64,000 bases of DNA, taken from positions 1 to 64,000 of IMG/VR virus record IMGVR_UViG_3300044699_000112; one strand, written 5' to 3'. Numbering within the stretch: the first letter of the stretch is position 1; each line of letters opens with the position of its first letter. This stretch comes from a virus. The notes below the pieces were generated by a model. That model was not told the origin of the DNA, ran no database searches, and saw nothing but the letters and a program-made list of their open reading frames with translations. The position numbers and the translations under genes were made by a program. Positions 48,617-58,303 of the stretch are shown piece by piece.

Positions 48617-49953
48617 CCCGGCGCCTGAAGAGTGTTCAAATCAAGAACATCAAGGGCATCGAATCGCTCGCCTTTGAGACCGGCGCTGTTACCATCCTGC
48701 GGGGGAGGAATGGCGCCGGGAAAACCTCTGTGGTCGATGCGCTCCTGGCCGTGTTCGAAGGGGGCCACGACCCGGACCTGATCCGCCGCGGAACCAAGGA
48801 GGGCTCAGTCCTCCTCTCTTTGGACGACGGCGTGACGATCAAGAAGACAATCAAGCCCGAACGGTCTACACTTGAAGTCCGCACGGCTGATTCCGGCAAA
48901 GTCAACGCGGAAGCGACCTACGTCAAAAAACTCACCAGCGGCCTCCGCTTCAACCCGGCCGCGTTCATCTCAATGTCAGGGCGGGAGCGGGCCGCAGAGC
49001 TCGCCAAGGCCATGCCAGTCCAGTTCCAGGGGACCGAGGTGAACGCGGCCGCGAACGAGGCCATCCTGGCCGACCAGGAGGTGATCGACCAGCGGCGCCT
49101 CGACGAGATCCGCAACGGGCGCTACGCCTCCAGGACCGACGTACGGCGCGAGCAGGACGCCGCCGAGGGATTCATTATCGAGACCGAGCGGAACCTGCCC
49201 ACGGGCACGCCAGCGTCCTGGGCGGGCGTCGTAGAGATGCTCCGGGTCCAGGTGGGCGATGCCAAGGCCGCCCTGGAGAAGGAGCTCGCCGAGGTGGAGC
49301 GCAAGGCAATCGGTGTCGTCAACGGGATGCGCGACACCCTGGACGAGAACCTCGCCGTGCTGAAGAAGCAGTACGACGAGGCGGTCGCCACGCTCAACTG
49401 GAACTACAACTCCGGCCAAGCAGAAGTGGTCAAGAGCATGGAGGCCGAGAAGCACGATCTCCGGGCCTCCGCCGCTGCCCAACTCGAGGACCTGACCCAG
49501 AGCTTGGGCCAAGCCGAGGCTTCCCTGGCCGAGCAGAACCGGGTCGAAGGCCAGCGCGCCCAACTCGAGAAAATGCGTGTCTCGGCTCAGAAGCTAAACA
49601 AACGCTGGAACCAACTCGACACCGCGGTCAAGGGCCTGGACCGCCTGAAGTCCGAGAAGCTCGCGACACTTCCCATTCCTGGCATCGAAGTGCGGCTGGA
49701 CGAAAAGAACATGCCCGAGGTCTACATCGATAACGTGCCCTGGCCGCATGTGAATAAATCCATGCAGTGCAAAGTCGCGATCACGATCGCCGCGCAGGCC
49801 CTCGGCGAGCTCCCGCTCATGGTGTTAGATGAGTCCGAGGTGCTCGACGCCGAGAATATGATGTTACTAACAGCCTCGGCGAAGGATCTGGGCATGCAGA
49901 TCATCCTGGCGCGCGTAGAAAGCGGCGCTGAGTTACAGGCGGTGGAGGCTTGA
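48613..49953 (+). CDS. SMC/Rad50-like AAA ATPase
   Basis: 'IKNIKGI', Walker A GRNGAGKTS, long coiled coil, Walker B MVLDESEVLD. Confidence 0.9.
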   Translation: MTRRLKSVQIKNIKGIESLAFETGAVTILRGRNGAGKTSVVDALLAVFEGGHDPDLIRRGTKEGSVLLSLDDGVTIKKTIKPERSTLEVRTADSGKVNAEATYVKKLTSGLRFNPAAFISMSGRERAAELAKAMPVQFQGTEVNAAANEAILADQEVIDQRRLDEIRNGRYASRTDVRREQDAAEGFIIETERNLPTGTPASWAGVVEMLRVQVGDAKAALEKELAEVERKAIGVVNGMRDTLDENLAVLKKQYDEAVATLNWNYNSGQAEVVKSMEAEKHDLRASAAAQLEDLTQSLGQAEASLAEQNRVEGQRAQLEKMRVSAQKLNKRWNQLDTAVKGLDRLKSEKLATLPIPGIEVRLDEKNMPEVYIDNVPWPHVNKSMQCKVAITIAAQALGELPLMVLDESEVLDAENMMLLTASAKDLGMQIILARVESGAELQAVEA

Positions 49954-50387
49954 AAGCTATAACTTTGCATCAGCCTTTTGCGACCCTAGTTAGTATAGGT
50001 GCGAAGAAATACGAAACCCGCACGTGGGCCCCCGAGGACTATCGGGGGCCGCTCGCCATCCACGCCGGAAAGAAGACCGACGAGCTCCCGCTGTTCTGGG
50101 ATGAGTCGTTCTGCGAGGTGCTCCAACCGGCAGGCTACGAGGGTCCGGAGACGCTGCCGCTCGGCGCCGTCGTCTGCATCGCCACGCTCGCCGAGTGCAT
50201 CTCCACCAATCACACTCAATTCCCCGAGGACTCGCCGAAAGACTGGCTGGCCTTCGGGGACTTCGGGCCTGACCGCTGGGCCTGGAAACTTACCAACATC
50301 AAGCGCCTGGATCCGCCAATCCCGGCGCGCGGCTATCAGAACTTATGGGACTGGGATGCGCCGCCGGAGGTGCTGGCGCTTCTGTAA
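49950..50387 (+). CDS. ASCH domain protein
   Basis: 'KAITLHQPFATLV..GAKKYETRTW...YRGPLAIHAGK'. Confidence 0.92.
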   Translation: MKAITLHQPFATLVSIGAKKYETRTWAPEDYRGPLAIHAGKKTDELPLFWDESFCEVLQPAGYEGPETLPLGAVVCIATLAECISTNHTQFPEDSPKDWLAFGDFGPDRWAWKLTNIKRLDPPIPARGYQNLWDWDAPPEVLALL

Positions 50388-50404
50388 CCACGGGGGTTCA
50401 ACCG

Positions 50405-50752
50405 ATGGCGATCAACCGGAAACGATTCCAGGAGTTAGATGCCCTGATCCGGGGCGGCTACGGTGACATGAAGCAGGACGACATTCCGGACGAGGTGCTC
50501 GATGCCGTCGAGGCCGGTGAGGAAGTCCCCTTCCGCGGGCCTAACCGGGACACAAATTTCTGGCGCCCGATCGACGCGGCGCCGGTCCGTCCCCCGCCCA
50601 AGCGGCGCTCCCATGAGAAAAAAAAACGAGTGATCACCCAGTCCCAGCGCGACCGGATTAACGCCCGCGCCAGGGCCCGGTGGAACTACCGACCGCCCCG
50701 AAAGATAGAAAGGAACCCAGAACAATGCCCGTCCTTACCGTGCTCGGAGTAA
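50405..50752 (+). CDS. Hypothetical basic protein
   Basis: ORF within the operon. Confidence 0.45.
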   Translation: MAINRKRFQELDALIRGGYGDMKQDDIPDEVLDAVEAGEEVPFRGPNRDTNFWRPIDAAPVRPPPKRRSHEKKKRVITQSQRDRINARARARWNYRPPRKIERNPEQCPSLPCSE

Positions 50753-51243
50753 CTCCCGAGACACTTACTCTCAGAGGCAAGAAGAACGCCTTCATGCTGA
50801 CAATGACGGCCAGCGGAGACATCTCCGCCAAGCTCGCCGAGATCATGGGTTGGGAGAGCCTGCTCTATGACGACGGCACGCTCCGCGAGAACTGGGATTC
50901 GATCGAGCTCGAAAGCTCGGTCGGCTCCGGAGAGATGGTACTTACTCCCAACGGCAGGGACGGCAAGAGCCGCGCACTTACTATCAACATCAGCGGCGCC
51001 GAGAACTTTAAGGCCGTCCGCAAGGGTGGTGATAACGGCGATCAAACGCGGCTCACCTTAAGATCAAGACCGCGGTCGAGAACGGCGAGGCCGTCCTGGG
51101 CGCCTTCTGGCGGGAGAATCAGAACGTCGTTTGCCGGATGCGGATCTCTTACGCCGTCCAGGCCTAAGTTATTCGAGCCGCCGACAGACGAAGAAGGCCA
51201 GTCGGCAGATGAAGATACCGGGGACCGAGGAGGAGTAAGTTGA
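50725..51243 (+). CDS. Hypothetical protein (internal compensating frameshifts likely)
   Basis: SD AAGGA; codon bias leaves the frame at ~51060-51155. Confidence 0.5.
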   Translation: MPVLTVLGVTPETLTLRGKKNAFMLTMTASGDISAKLAEIMGWESLLYDDGTLRENWDSIELESSVGSGEMVLTPNGRDGKSRALTINISGAENFKAVRKGGDNGDQTRLTLRSRPRSRTARPSWAPSGGRIRTSFAGCGSLTPSRPKLFEPPTDEEGQSADEDTGDRGGVS

Positions 51244-51458
51244 ACTCCTGGAAGGTCGAAGTAATCGCCGACGACAGTGATGTCTGGTGCACGAATGCCA
51301 TGCGCTACGCTACCGAGGTGTCCGCCCTCGCGGCGGGCACGAGTCTGGCGAACCGCTGGACGCTCGTCAGGGCGTGGCGCGTGGTCGAGAGCGAGGACAT
51401 GCCCAATGAGGTGGATCCTCTGGCTGCTGCTGCTGAAGCTGACGTGCCGACTGAATAA
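51240..51458 (+). CDS. Conserved small phage protein
   Basis: SD GAGGAG; 'SWKVEVIADDS..W.TNAMRYAT...L..RWTLVR.WRVVES.D..N'. Confidence 0.7.
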   Translation: MNSWKVEVIADDSDVWCTNAMRYATEVSALAAGTSLANRWTLVRAWRVVESEDMPNEVDPLAAAAEADVPTE

Positions 51459-51477
51459 GAGGCTACAAGGAAAATAA

Positions 51478-51680
51478 ATGGAACCAATCATGCAGTTCTT
51501 CGCCTACGAGCACTTACCCGCTGCCCTTCAGGAGGTAAGTGCTCCCTTCGGCAAGCTCGCCGAGGCGATCCGTTATAACCTTGCCGCGGAACCCGGAGCG
51601 CACCGTGGCCCTGCGTAAGTTGCTCGAGAGTAAGGGACGCGGCTGTTCGTGCCAAACTCTACCAAGATCCCCAAGGCTAA
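51478..51680 (+). CDS. Small helical-hairpin protein, Acb2/Tad1-like candidate (two 1-nt insertions; not in ORF track)
   Basis: Removing one base at ~51570 and one at ~51634 gives MEPIMQFFAYEHLPAALQEVSAPFGKLAEAIVITLPRNPERTVALRKLLESKDAAVRAKLYQDPQG, a conserved phage family. Confidence 0.65.
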
Positions 51681-52042
51681 GTCCGAGCCCGAGGAAAGGT
51701 TCAATATCGCTTGGCGATCGCTTGGCGGCCCGAAGCCCGAGCGGGAGTACCGATTCTGCGAGCGTAAGTGGCGCTTTGACTTCGCGTGGCCGGAGGTGCG
51801 GATCGCGGTGGAGATCGAGGGCGGGATCAACGAAGGGAAGCGCCGCGGCTACCACATGCGCAAGGAAGGGTTCCTCAAGGACCGCCGCCAAGTACAACCG
51901 CGCAAGCATCCTGGGCTGGAGGGTATTTCGATTGGCGCCTTCCCAGATCCAACCGGCGGCGCTCGAGGAAATCATTACCGAGGTGAGGCGTTCCCGTGCC
52001 GCAGGCTCACCGGCCGCGTGGTGGGCCGAAAAGACGCCCTGA
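51649..52042 (+). CDS. Vsr/DUF559-like PD-(D/E)XK endonuclease (frameshift at ~51882)
   Basis: 'PEREYRF..RKWRFDFAWPEVRIAVEIEGG...GFLKD/..KYNRASILGWRVFR'. Confidence 0.85.
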
Positions 52043-52060
52043 CAACGACAGGTTGACACT

Positions 52061-52267
52061 ATGGTATTCCCAAGAATCGTGACCGATCCAACGACCTCCT
52101 CGAACAAGCTCTACTTCATGCCGCAAGACGTGGCGGCGGCGCTGGGCCGACTCTACCTTAAGCTGTACTGGGGCGAGATCACCCAGAGCGAATACGATGA
52201 GAAGGCCCAGATCATCGTCGACGGCGCCAGAACCCGGATCGGTGTGATCCGGAACATAGGTGGATGA
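52061..52267 (+). CDS. Hypothetical protein
   Basis: Coupled ORF with high GC3. Confidence 0.5.
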   Translation: MVFPRIVTDPTTSSNKLYFMPQDVAAALGRLYLKLYWGEITQSEYDEKAQIIVDGARTRIGVIRNIGG

Positions 52268-52482
52268 TGGAAGACAAAGAGATACTTGAGCGGGTCCGCG
52301 AGGCCATCGCCTGCCTGGACGAGGCCGCCTGGGCCACCCAGATGAACACGCGCGAGCAGCGCAAGCTGCACACCCGCATCCAGGACGCTGGCGACCGGCT
52401 GGTCGAGGTGCGCGAAGAGCTCCAGGTGCGGATCCAGGCCAGGGAAGACCTCCTCCGTGTGCTTGATCGTAAATCGCCGTAA
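52264..52482 (+). CDS. Hypothetical coiled-coil protein
   Basis: SD AGGTGG; coupled. Confidence 0.55.
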   Translation: MMEDKEILERVREAIACLDEAAWATQMNTREQRKLHTRIQDAGDRLVEVREELQVRIQAREDLLRVLDRKSP

Positions 52483-52635
52483 ACCTCTTGCGCAACGTTG
52501 AGCTAAGATGGTAGTGTAGATCGTCGACTCAAGCGGCTCGGACTGATCCCCAAGCCGTGTCGATGGAATTAGCCGGGGTTCCACGGCGGTGCTGCCCTTA
52601 ACAGCGCCGCCCCCGGTGAGCCTTAAGGGGGCACT

Positions 52636-53388
52636 ATGAAAGCATCGAACGGCGCGTCGTCTGACGGGCCAACCATCAAACCAATCGAGACCGTCTACCG
52701 CGGGCACAGAATGCGCTCGCGCCTGGAGGCCCGCTGGGCCGTCTTCATGGACTGCCTCGGCATCGAGTGGGAGTACGAGAAAGAGGGCTATGACCTCGAT
52801 GGCGTCTGGTATCTGCCCGACTTCTGGCTCCCGAAGCAGGGCATGTGGATGGAGGTCAAAGGTTCCGAGACTGGCGACTGGAAAAACAAAGCTGAGAGGT
52901 TGTCTTTACTAAGTGGGCATCCTGTAGCGGTGTTCATAGGTGACTGCGCTCCAGTTAGTCATGCTTCTCCAGGGTTCAGGAATACGGCTAGGATCGCGCG
53001 GGATGGCGTGTGGCAACACCACGCGGGCTGCTGGGTGATGTGCGAAAACTGCAGCCACTGCGAGATCAACGGGCACCGTGATGGCGCATGCCCAGGGCAA
53101 TTCTGCTCTGGGAATATAACTTACTTCTTCTCTTTCGATGGACACTCCCCCAGGATACTAACCGCGTTTGCTATAGCGAAGCATGTTAGATTGGACGACC
53201 GTGAATTCATGGAGAAACTAAGTCCAGCGGCACTTACAGACTACACGGCGAGCGCCGCCGCGAACAAGATGATAGAGATTCTCTCATCCGACTTCGCCAG
53301 GGCGAAGTTCTCCTCCTGCGCAGAGTCCCTCTATGAGGACGTGAACGAGGAAGGGCCGAATTCATTTAACCCAGCCATAGCAGATTAG
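52636..53388 (+). CDS. PD-(D/E)XK nuclease-family protein
   Basis: 'IETVYRGHRMRSRLEARWAVFMDCLGIEWEYEKEGY...YLPDFWLP...MEVKG'. Confidence 0.85.
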   Translation: MKASNGASSDGPTIKPIETVYRGHRMRSRLEARWAVFMDCLGIEWEYEKEGYDLDGVWYLPDFWLPKQGMWMEVKGSETGDWKNKAERLSLLSGHPVAVFIGDCAPVSHASPGFRNTARIARDGVWQHHAGCWVMCENCSHCEINGHRDGACPGQFCSGNITYFFSFDGHSPRILTAFAIAKHVRLDDREFMEKLSPAALTDYTASAAANKMIEILSSDFARAKFSSCAESLYEDVNEEGPNSFNPAIAD

Positions 53389-53397
53389 GCCACCGAA

Positions 53398-54303
53398 GTG
53401 AACGAAGACAATCTGTCTCGCGGCTACGTCGCTCTGTACCGGAGCGTCATCGACAACCCGTTCTACACCCAACTCCCAGGCGATTACTTCAAAGTCTTCA
53501 TCTTCTGCCTCGTCCGGGCCGCCTATAAGCCGCGCCAATACTGGAACGGCCACGCTATGGCGGACCTCCCGATCGGGGCGTTTGTCGCCACGGTAGGCGA
53601 AATAGCGGCGAAAACTGGGGTTTCACAATCGACAGTCAGGAGGGCACTCCAGGCGCTTGAAAACAGCCAGATGGTCGTCACCAAATCGACAAACAAATTT
53701 TCCCTGTATACCGTTGTGAACTTTGAGGCTTACCAGAACGGCAGTCTCATGACCGACAAACAAACGGCAAACAACTGGGCAGACAAACGGCAAACAAGTG
53801 AGCAAACAACTGAGCAGTCCACCGACAAACCACCGACAAACCACCGACAAACATCTGTAATAAGGGAAGAAGGGAAGAAGAAGCTACAGCCGGTTCCTGC
53901 GGACCCGGCGGCAGTTGAGGCGGAGCCCTCCCTTCCCAAGTTCGATAGCGACAAGTTCTTCATGGAGCAGTGGTGGCCGATCGTCTGGTCGAAAGCAAAT
54001 GCCAAGAAAGCGGCAAGGAAGGCTTGGAACCGGATCGTCAAGGACGAAGCCAAGGCCAACTTCCTCACCGAAAGGGCCAAGCTGCTAGGCCCCCGTTACC
54101 TCGCGACTGCCGAAAAAACCGGAAGTACACCGCTATACCCGAGCACATGGCTTAACGACGAGCGGTTCGAAGACGAGCCCTTGCTGCCGGGGTTCGACCC
54201 GCCCCCCGATCCGGCCGAGGAAGCCGCCAAGCAGAAGCGAATCCTGGCCGCGATCAATCGTGACCTCGAAGAGCGCGGACTCCCCCCGCAAGAAAGTTTA
54301 TGA
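53398..54303 (+). CDS. Replication initiator (replisome organiser, lambda-O-like position)
   Basis: 'GYVALYRSVID', wHTH 'EIAAKTGVSQSTVRRAL..LE', internal iterons, C-terminal 'YPSTWLNDERFED'; coupled to DnaB. Confidence 0.85.
   Translation: MNEDNLSRGYVALYRSVIDNPFYTQLPGDYFKVFIFCLVRAAYKPRQYWNGHAMADLPIGAFVATVGEIAAKTGVSQSTVRRALQALENSQMVVTKSTNKFSLYTVVNFEAYQNGSLMTDKQTANNWADKRQTSEQTTEQSTDKPPTNHRQTSVIREEGKKKLQPVPADPAAVEAEPSLPKFDSDKFFMEQWWPIVWSKANAKKAARKAWNRIVKDEAKANFLTERAKLLGPRYLATAEKTGSTPLYPSTWLNDERFEDEPLLPGFDPPPDPAEEAAKQKRILAAINRDLEERGLPPQESL
53751..53852. repeat. Iteron array / probable replication origin
   Basis: CCACCGACAAA x3 in tandem (53819-53851) plus degenerate GACAAAC/GCAAAC copies inside the initiator gene. 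Confidence 0.75.
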
Positions 54304-55637
54304 CAGAGCAAACCCTCCGAACCCTAAACCAACTGCTTCCCAATTTGCCCGAGGCCGTTGAAACCGAGAAGCTGGTACTTGGAGTCCTCCTGGACGATCC
54401 GGACGCCACCAGCGCCATCCTGGCGCTAGAGCGGGACGATCTATACCTCGAGCAGCACAAGCGAATCCTCGATGCCGCCCGCTGGTGCGCCGACAACGGC
54501 CAAGAGGTCTCGCTCACCTCGGTCAGCCAGCGGCTCAGCGACATGCGCCACCTCGAAAGCGTGGGCGGCCTCTCCTACCTGAGCGGGCTGGTGATCGTGC
54601 CGAAGGTACTCGACCTCGAAAGCTACCTCGGCCACCTGCGGCTCAAGTCCACGCTCCGGCGGGCCGCGATCGCCCATGCCAAGTTCGCCGAGGAGTGTTG
54701 CATGCCGGGCGCCGGTGCGGAAGTCCTGGCCTCGGCCGAGGTGTTTATGAGGGATCTCGGCTCTCGCGCCAGGACAAGGCCCGGCCCGCGCGGGTTTGAA
54801 GAGCTCCTCGACGCTGAGTATGGCGGCAGTTTTGCAAAATTCCTGGAGGCTCCCAAGCGTGCAGCCGTGCCGACTCCCTGGAAAAGTCTCAACAAGTTGC
54901 TGACCGGCGGCGGGTTCATGCCCGGCCAGTTGGTGGTGATCGGGGCCCTGCCGGGCCTGGGCAAGAGCGCCGCGGCGGCAATGATCGCCCGCTTCGCCGC
55001 CAGCCAGGGCGTGATCATCTTCTCGCTCGAGATGGACGCTCGGGACATCTGGCTCCGCATGATTGCCTCGCACGCCGAAGTCCCCTTGCAACCGCTCAGC
55101 GAGGGCGTGAAATTCGAGGACGAGGCCGCCCGGCGCCGGATCGCGGCGGCCGGGAGCGAACTGTCCAAGTTCCCCCTGCGGATCGACGACTGGAGCGGAT
55201 CGAACGTGGCGGCGATCATCGCGGCGGTCAAGCGGGTCAAGGAGGTCAAGCTCGTCATCGTCGACTACCTGCAACTCCTCAAGCCGCTGCACAAGGTGAG
55301 CAACCGCGTCGAAGCCGTGGGCGAGCTCAGCCGCGGCCTGAAGCTGGCCGCCAACGAGTTGAAGCTCCCGTTCGTGGTCCTCTCCCAACTCAACCGGGAG
55401 ACCGCCAAGAACGACCGGCCACCGGAGCTCTACGACCTGCGCGAATCTGGCTCCATCGAGCAGGACGCCAATACCGTGATGTTCCTGCACGCCAACCAGA
55501 AGGAGTTGCGTGCGGCGATCGACAACCACCGGCCCAACGAGATAGACCTGATTGTCCGCAAGCAGCGCAATGGCAGGACGGGGACCGTGAAACTTGTGTT
55601 CACGCCGTCCACGATGCGGATTGTAGAGGGGGCGTAG
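54300..55637 (+). CDS. dnaB: Replicative DNA helicase DnaB
   Basis: GALPGLGKS, FSLEM, IVDYLQL, LSQLNR, DLRESGSIEQDA, KQRNG. Confidence 0.97.
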   Translation: MTEQTLRTLNQLLPNLPEAVETEKLVLGVLLDDPDATSAILALERDDLYLEQHKRILDAARWCADNGQEVSLTSVSQRLSDMRHLESVGGLSYLSGLVIVPKVLDLESYLGHLRLKSTLRRAAIAHAKFAEECCMPGAGAEVLASAEVFMRDLGSRARTRPGPRGFEELLDAEYGGSFAKFLEAPKRAAVPTPWKSLNKLLTGGGFMPGQLVVIGALPGLGKSAAAAMIARFAASQGVIIFSLEMDARDIWLRMIASHAEVPLQPLSEGVKFEDEAARRRIAAAGSELSKFPLRIDDWSGSNVAAIIAAVKRVKEVKLVIVDYLQLLKPLHKVSNRVEAVGELSRGLKLAANELKLPFVVLSQLNRETAKNDRPPELYDLRESGSIEQDANTVMFLHANQKELRAAIDNHRPNEIDLIVRKQRNGRTGTVKLVFTPSTMRIVEGA

Positions 55638-55672
55638 GCCCCCATTTTTGATGGAAAAAGAAAGGAACCAAA

Positions 55673-56047
55673 ATGAGCAAGAGTTTTCCGAACTTGAATG
55701 AACTGTGGGAGAGGACGTACGAGGCGGAGCCGCCGACGCAATGGGCGTTCGATGGCGGATTCTGGAAGGTCTCCCCGGACGGGGAGGCCCTTATGCTGTA
55801 CCTCCAGAAGACGGCGGAGAGCGAGCCGTACGAGATGTACGACATCGAGCTCAGCCGCTGCCAGACGGTCGCCGGGCTACTGGACGCGGTCGTCCAGCTA
55901 CACAACAAAACCTGGATTGCAGAAGACAACCTGAGCGCCTTCCTGCGGGCAGTCGCTTACGTGGTGGTCAACCAGCAGCGGACGATGGTCAGCTTCGCCG
56001 AGCCGCGGCCGGGCAAGATAAACCGGATGCTCGCGAACACGCGGTAA
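55673..56047 (+). CDS. Hypothetical protein
   Basis: SD AAGGA; 'YDIELSRC.T...LLD..VQL..KTW'. Confidence 0.65.
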   Translation: MSKSFPNLNELWERTYEAEPPTQWAFDGGFWKVSPDGEALMLYLQKTAESEPYEMYDIELSRCQTVAGLLDAVVQLHNKTWIAEDNLSAFLRAVAYVVVNQQRTMVSFAEPRPGKINRMLANTR

Positions 56048-56052
56048 GGACC

Positions 56053-56301
56053 ATGAGCAGGCCGCTGGAGGTTAAACTCATCCGCTTCGAGAAGAACGTG
56101 ATGGCGGCGCTGATCGGCCTTGCTATCAGCAACGTTCTGCCTCCGGCCAACATGACCGCCGAGCAGGTACTGGAGATGATCGGTCCCGAGGGCAGCACTC
56201 GCTGCCTTCGGGCCGCCGAGGCGGTCAAGAAGTACGTCTTCGCAGTGCTGAACGAGGAGTTCGGGGACCTGACGGCGATGATCAAGCCGGAGGTCCACTA
56301 G
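56053..56301 (+). CDS. Hypothetical protein
   Basis: SD TAAGGA. Confidence 0.55.
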   Translation: MSRPLEVKLIRFEKNVMAALIGLAISNVLPPANMTAEQVLEMIGPEGSTRCLRAAEAVKKYVFAVLNEEFGDLTAMIKPEVH

Positions 56302-56402
56302 GTTCAGGGGAGGCGGGCCACTGGCAGGTCATTTTTGATGAGGTCCGCCATCGATGGTGCGGCCGCCTCCCCCCGCTCACAAATCTACCGCAGGGAGGGA
56401 AG

Positions 56403-56786
56403 ATGCACGACCTGGGCGACGGCGAAGAGATGGAGCAGTACTCCTTCGACTGGGACGCACTGGACGCTCCCGAGCCTCCCGATCCGGAGTCTCCGGCCCT
56501 GGGCCGCGGGTCGATCCAGCAAGCCTTCCTCGACTTCGACGAGGCGCATCCGGAGGTCTACGAGTACCTGATGCAGTTGACCCGCGAGGTGCAGCAGCGC
56601 GGGTTCCGCCACTACGGGATCGGCGCCATGTGGGAGCGCATGCGCTGGCACTTTCAGATTGAGAAGGGGATGGACGAGGAGTTCAAGCTGAACAACAATT
56701 TCCGCAGCCGCTACGCCAGGAAGATCATGAAGGCGCATCCGGATCTTGAGGACTTCTTTGAACTCCGCATCCTGCGTGCCGACTAG
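56403..56786 (+). CDS. Conserved phage wHTH-like protein
   Basis: 'FDEAHPEVY...HYGIGAMWERMRWH...FKLNNNFRSRYARKIM...P.L..FFELR'. Confidence 0.75.
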   Translation: MHDLGDGEEMEQYSFDWDALDAPEPPDPESPALGRGSIQQAFLDFDEAHPEVYEYLMQLTREVQQRGFRHYGIGAMWERMRWHFQIEKGMDEEFKLNNNFRSRYARKIMKAHPDLEDFFELRILRAD

Positions 56787-57061
56787 GGCTTGGCTTTGCG
56801 CGGCGGCGGCTTGGGTTTCGGGCTGATGCAGATCTCCGTGCCGTACTCCCCGATGTCCGACTCCTCGGTCACGAACCAGACCGCCCGCCCGTCGTCTAGC
56901 GTCAGCGTGGGCTGATGAATCCACCGCTTCCGCGTGTCGTCCCAGTGGGCCTCGCCTTCCACTGCCGTGATGGTGCGCCCGACGAGATCCCGCCTTTTGG
57001 CGGCGAGAGGGCTGGCGCTCACACGGGACCGCGGAATGGGTTTTGCCTCTTCGCTTTTCAT
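56783..57061 (-). CDS. Hypothetical protein
   Basis: Last gene of the leftward operon; 'LVGRTITAV...LTLDDG'. Confidence 0.55.
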   Translation of the reverse strand: MKSEEAKPIPRSRVSASPLAAKRRDLVGRTITAVEGEAHWDDTRKRWIHQPTLTLDDGRAVWFVTEESDIGEYGTEICISPKPKPPPRKAKP

Positions 57062-57399
57062 GGTTTCCGCCAATACTCCTGGGCGTGATACTGGCAGAGC
57101 AGGAAGACGCAGTTGTTCTCGCCATCCCAGTCGACTCCCCGCAGCCCGCCTACGCAGTCCTTGTTGCGGTGCTGGCAACCGGCCGCGCCCACCGGCTGGC
57201 GCGGCTCGGTCAGCTTGAGCTTCTCGAAGAGCTCGAGGTTGTACTCCTCGCACCCGTTCAGCGACTCGCGGATGTAGGTCTCGACCTCGGCGGGCGTGAG
57301 TTTGGTCTGCTCAACGATCTCGGCGATCGTCCTCCCGGCCCGGAAGTGGCGGAGGGCGAAGCGGCGGGTGAGATCCTGCGTGTTAGGGCCCCGTGTCAT
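57058..57399 (-). CDS. HTH plus Cys-rich hypothetical protein
   Basis: 'FRAGRTIAEIVEQTKLTPAEVETYIRE'. Confidence 0.55.
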   Translation of the reverse strand: MTRGPNTQDLTRRFALRHFRAGRTIAEIVEQTKLTPAEVETYIRESLNGCEEYNLELFEKLKLTEPRQPVGAAGCQHRNKDCVGGLRGVDWDGENNCVFLLCQYHAQEYWRKP

Positions 57400-57668
57400 G
57401 AGGGAGCCCCCGCCTTCTCGGCCCGGTCGAGCATGATCAGTCCATCGCACCGGCCGTCATGCTCCACGACTTGCGCCTCAACGAGCATCTCGTCAGCCTC
57501 GGCGGGAGTCATCCCGATGCCCGCCATTTCGAACCCGCAGGTCTGGCACGTCCAGACGAACCGCAGCGGCTCGCCCGGTGCGGCCCCGGCATCGGCCCGC
57601 AGCGCGTCGAGGAACTTGCGCTCGATGGCGTCGAGCTTGTTCTGCACTTCCTTGGGCAGGATCGTCAT
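57396..57668 (-). CDS. Hypothetical protein (CxxC)
   Basis: ATGA-coupled chain. Confidence 0.5.
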   Translation of the reverse strand: MTILPKEVQNKLDAIERKFLDALRADAGAAPGEPLRFVWTCQTCGFEMAGIGMTPAEADEMLVEAQVVEHDGRCDGLIMLDRAEKAGAPS

Positions 57669-58303
57669 AGCGGCAGCCACTTCTCGAACCGCTTCACGGC
57701 CTTGTGCAGCGCCTCCAGCCCTCCCGCTTCGGTCCTCGCCACGGCTTCCAAAATGGGAAGTCCACTATCGATCGATGCCTGGACCTCGGCCCTGGTAGCC
57801 TCCCGTCCCTCGCAGATCCAGTCCACCGAAGAGGGCTCGCCCATCTGGATCAGCGGCCCCGTCTCCGTTTTGAAGACCTCGTACTCGCGGGTCAGCCAGA
57901 GCATGGCCACACCGGGGTTGCGGGCGATGACCATACCGGCCGTGCCCTCGCGCAGCGTGTCGTTGTTGATCCGCTCGTCCTCGCGGCGCACCATCTTCGG
58001 GTTCGACAGGAACGGGCAGTTCTTCGCGCTCCAGGTGGCGCACTCGTAGTGCGAGGGCGGCTCGGACGAGGTGCGGTTGACGCCGCACATCGGCCCGGCC
58101 ACGAAGACCTTCCAGATGCCCAGGCGCTCGCCGCAGACCCAGCAGAGCTTCTGCTTGATCGCGGCGACGAGCTTGTAGGGGTCCATCCCCCGGAACTCTG
58201 GTTTGCCGTCGAGATAGGGGACGAACCAGGGAATGGGCAGCCCCGAGTCGGTGAGCTTGAGCGAGCGCATGCGCGCCGGTAGCGTTTCCATGTTGACGGT
58301 CAT
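57665..58303 (-). CDS. Conserved phage Zn-binding hypothetical protein
   Basis: 'GLPIPWFV...CWVCG...GPMC..NR.SSEPPSH.EC..WS...CPFL'. Confidence 0.75.
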   Translation of the reverse strand: MTVNMETLPARMRSLKLTDSGLPIPWFVPYLDGKPEFRGMDPYKLVAAIKQKLCWVCGERLGIWKVFVAGPMCGVNRTSSEPPSHYECATWSAKNCPFLSNPKMVRREDERINNDTLREGTAGMVIARNPGVAMLWLTREYEVFKTETGPLIQMGEPSSVDWICEGREATRAEVQASIDSGLPILEAVARTEAGGLEALHKAVKRFEKWLPL

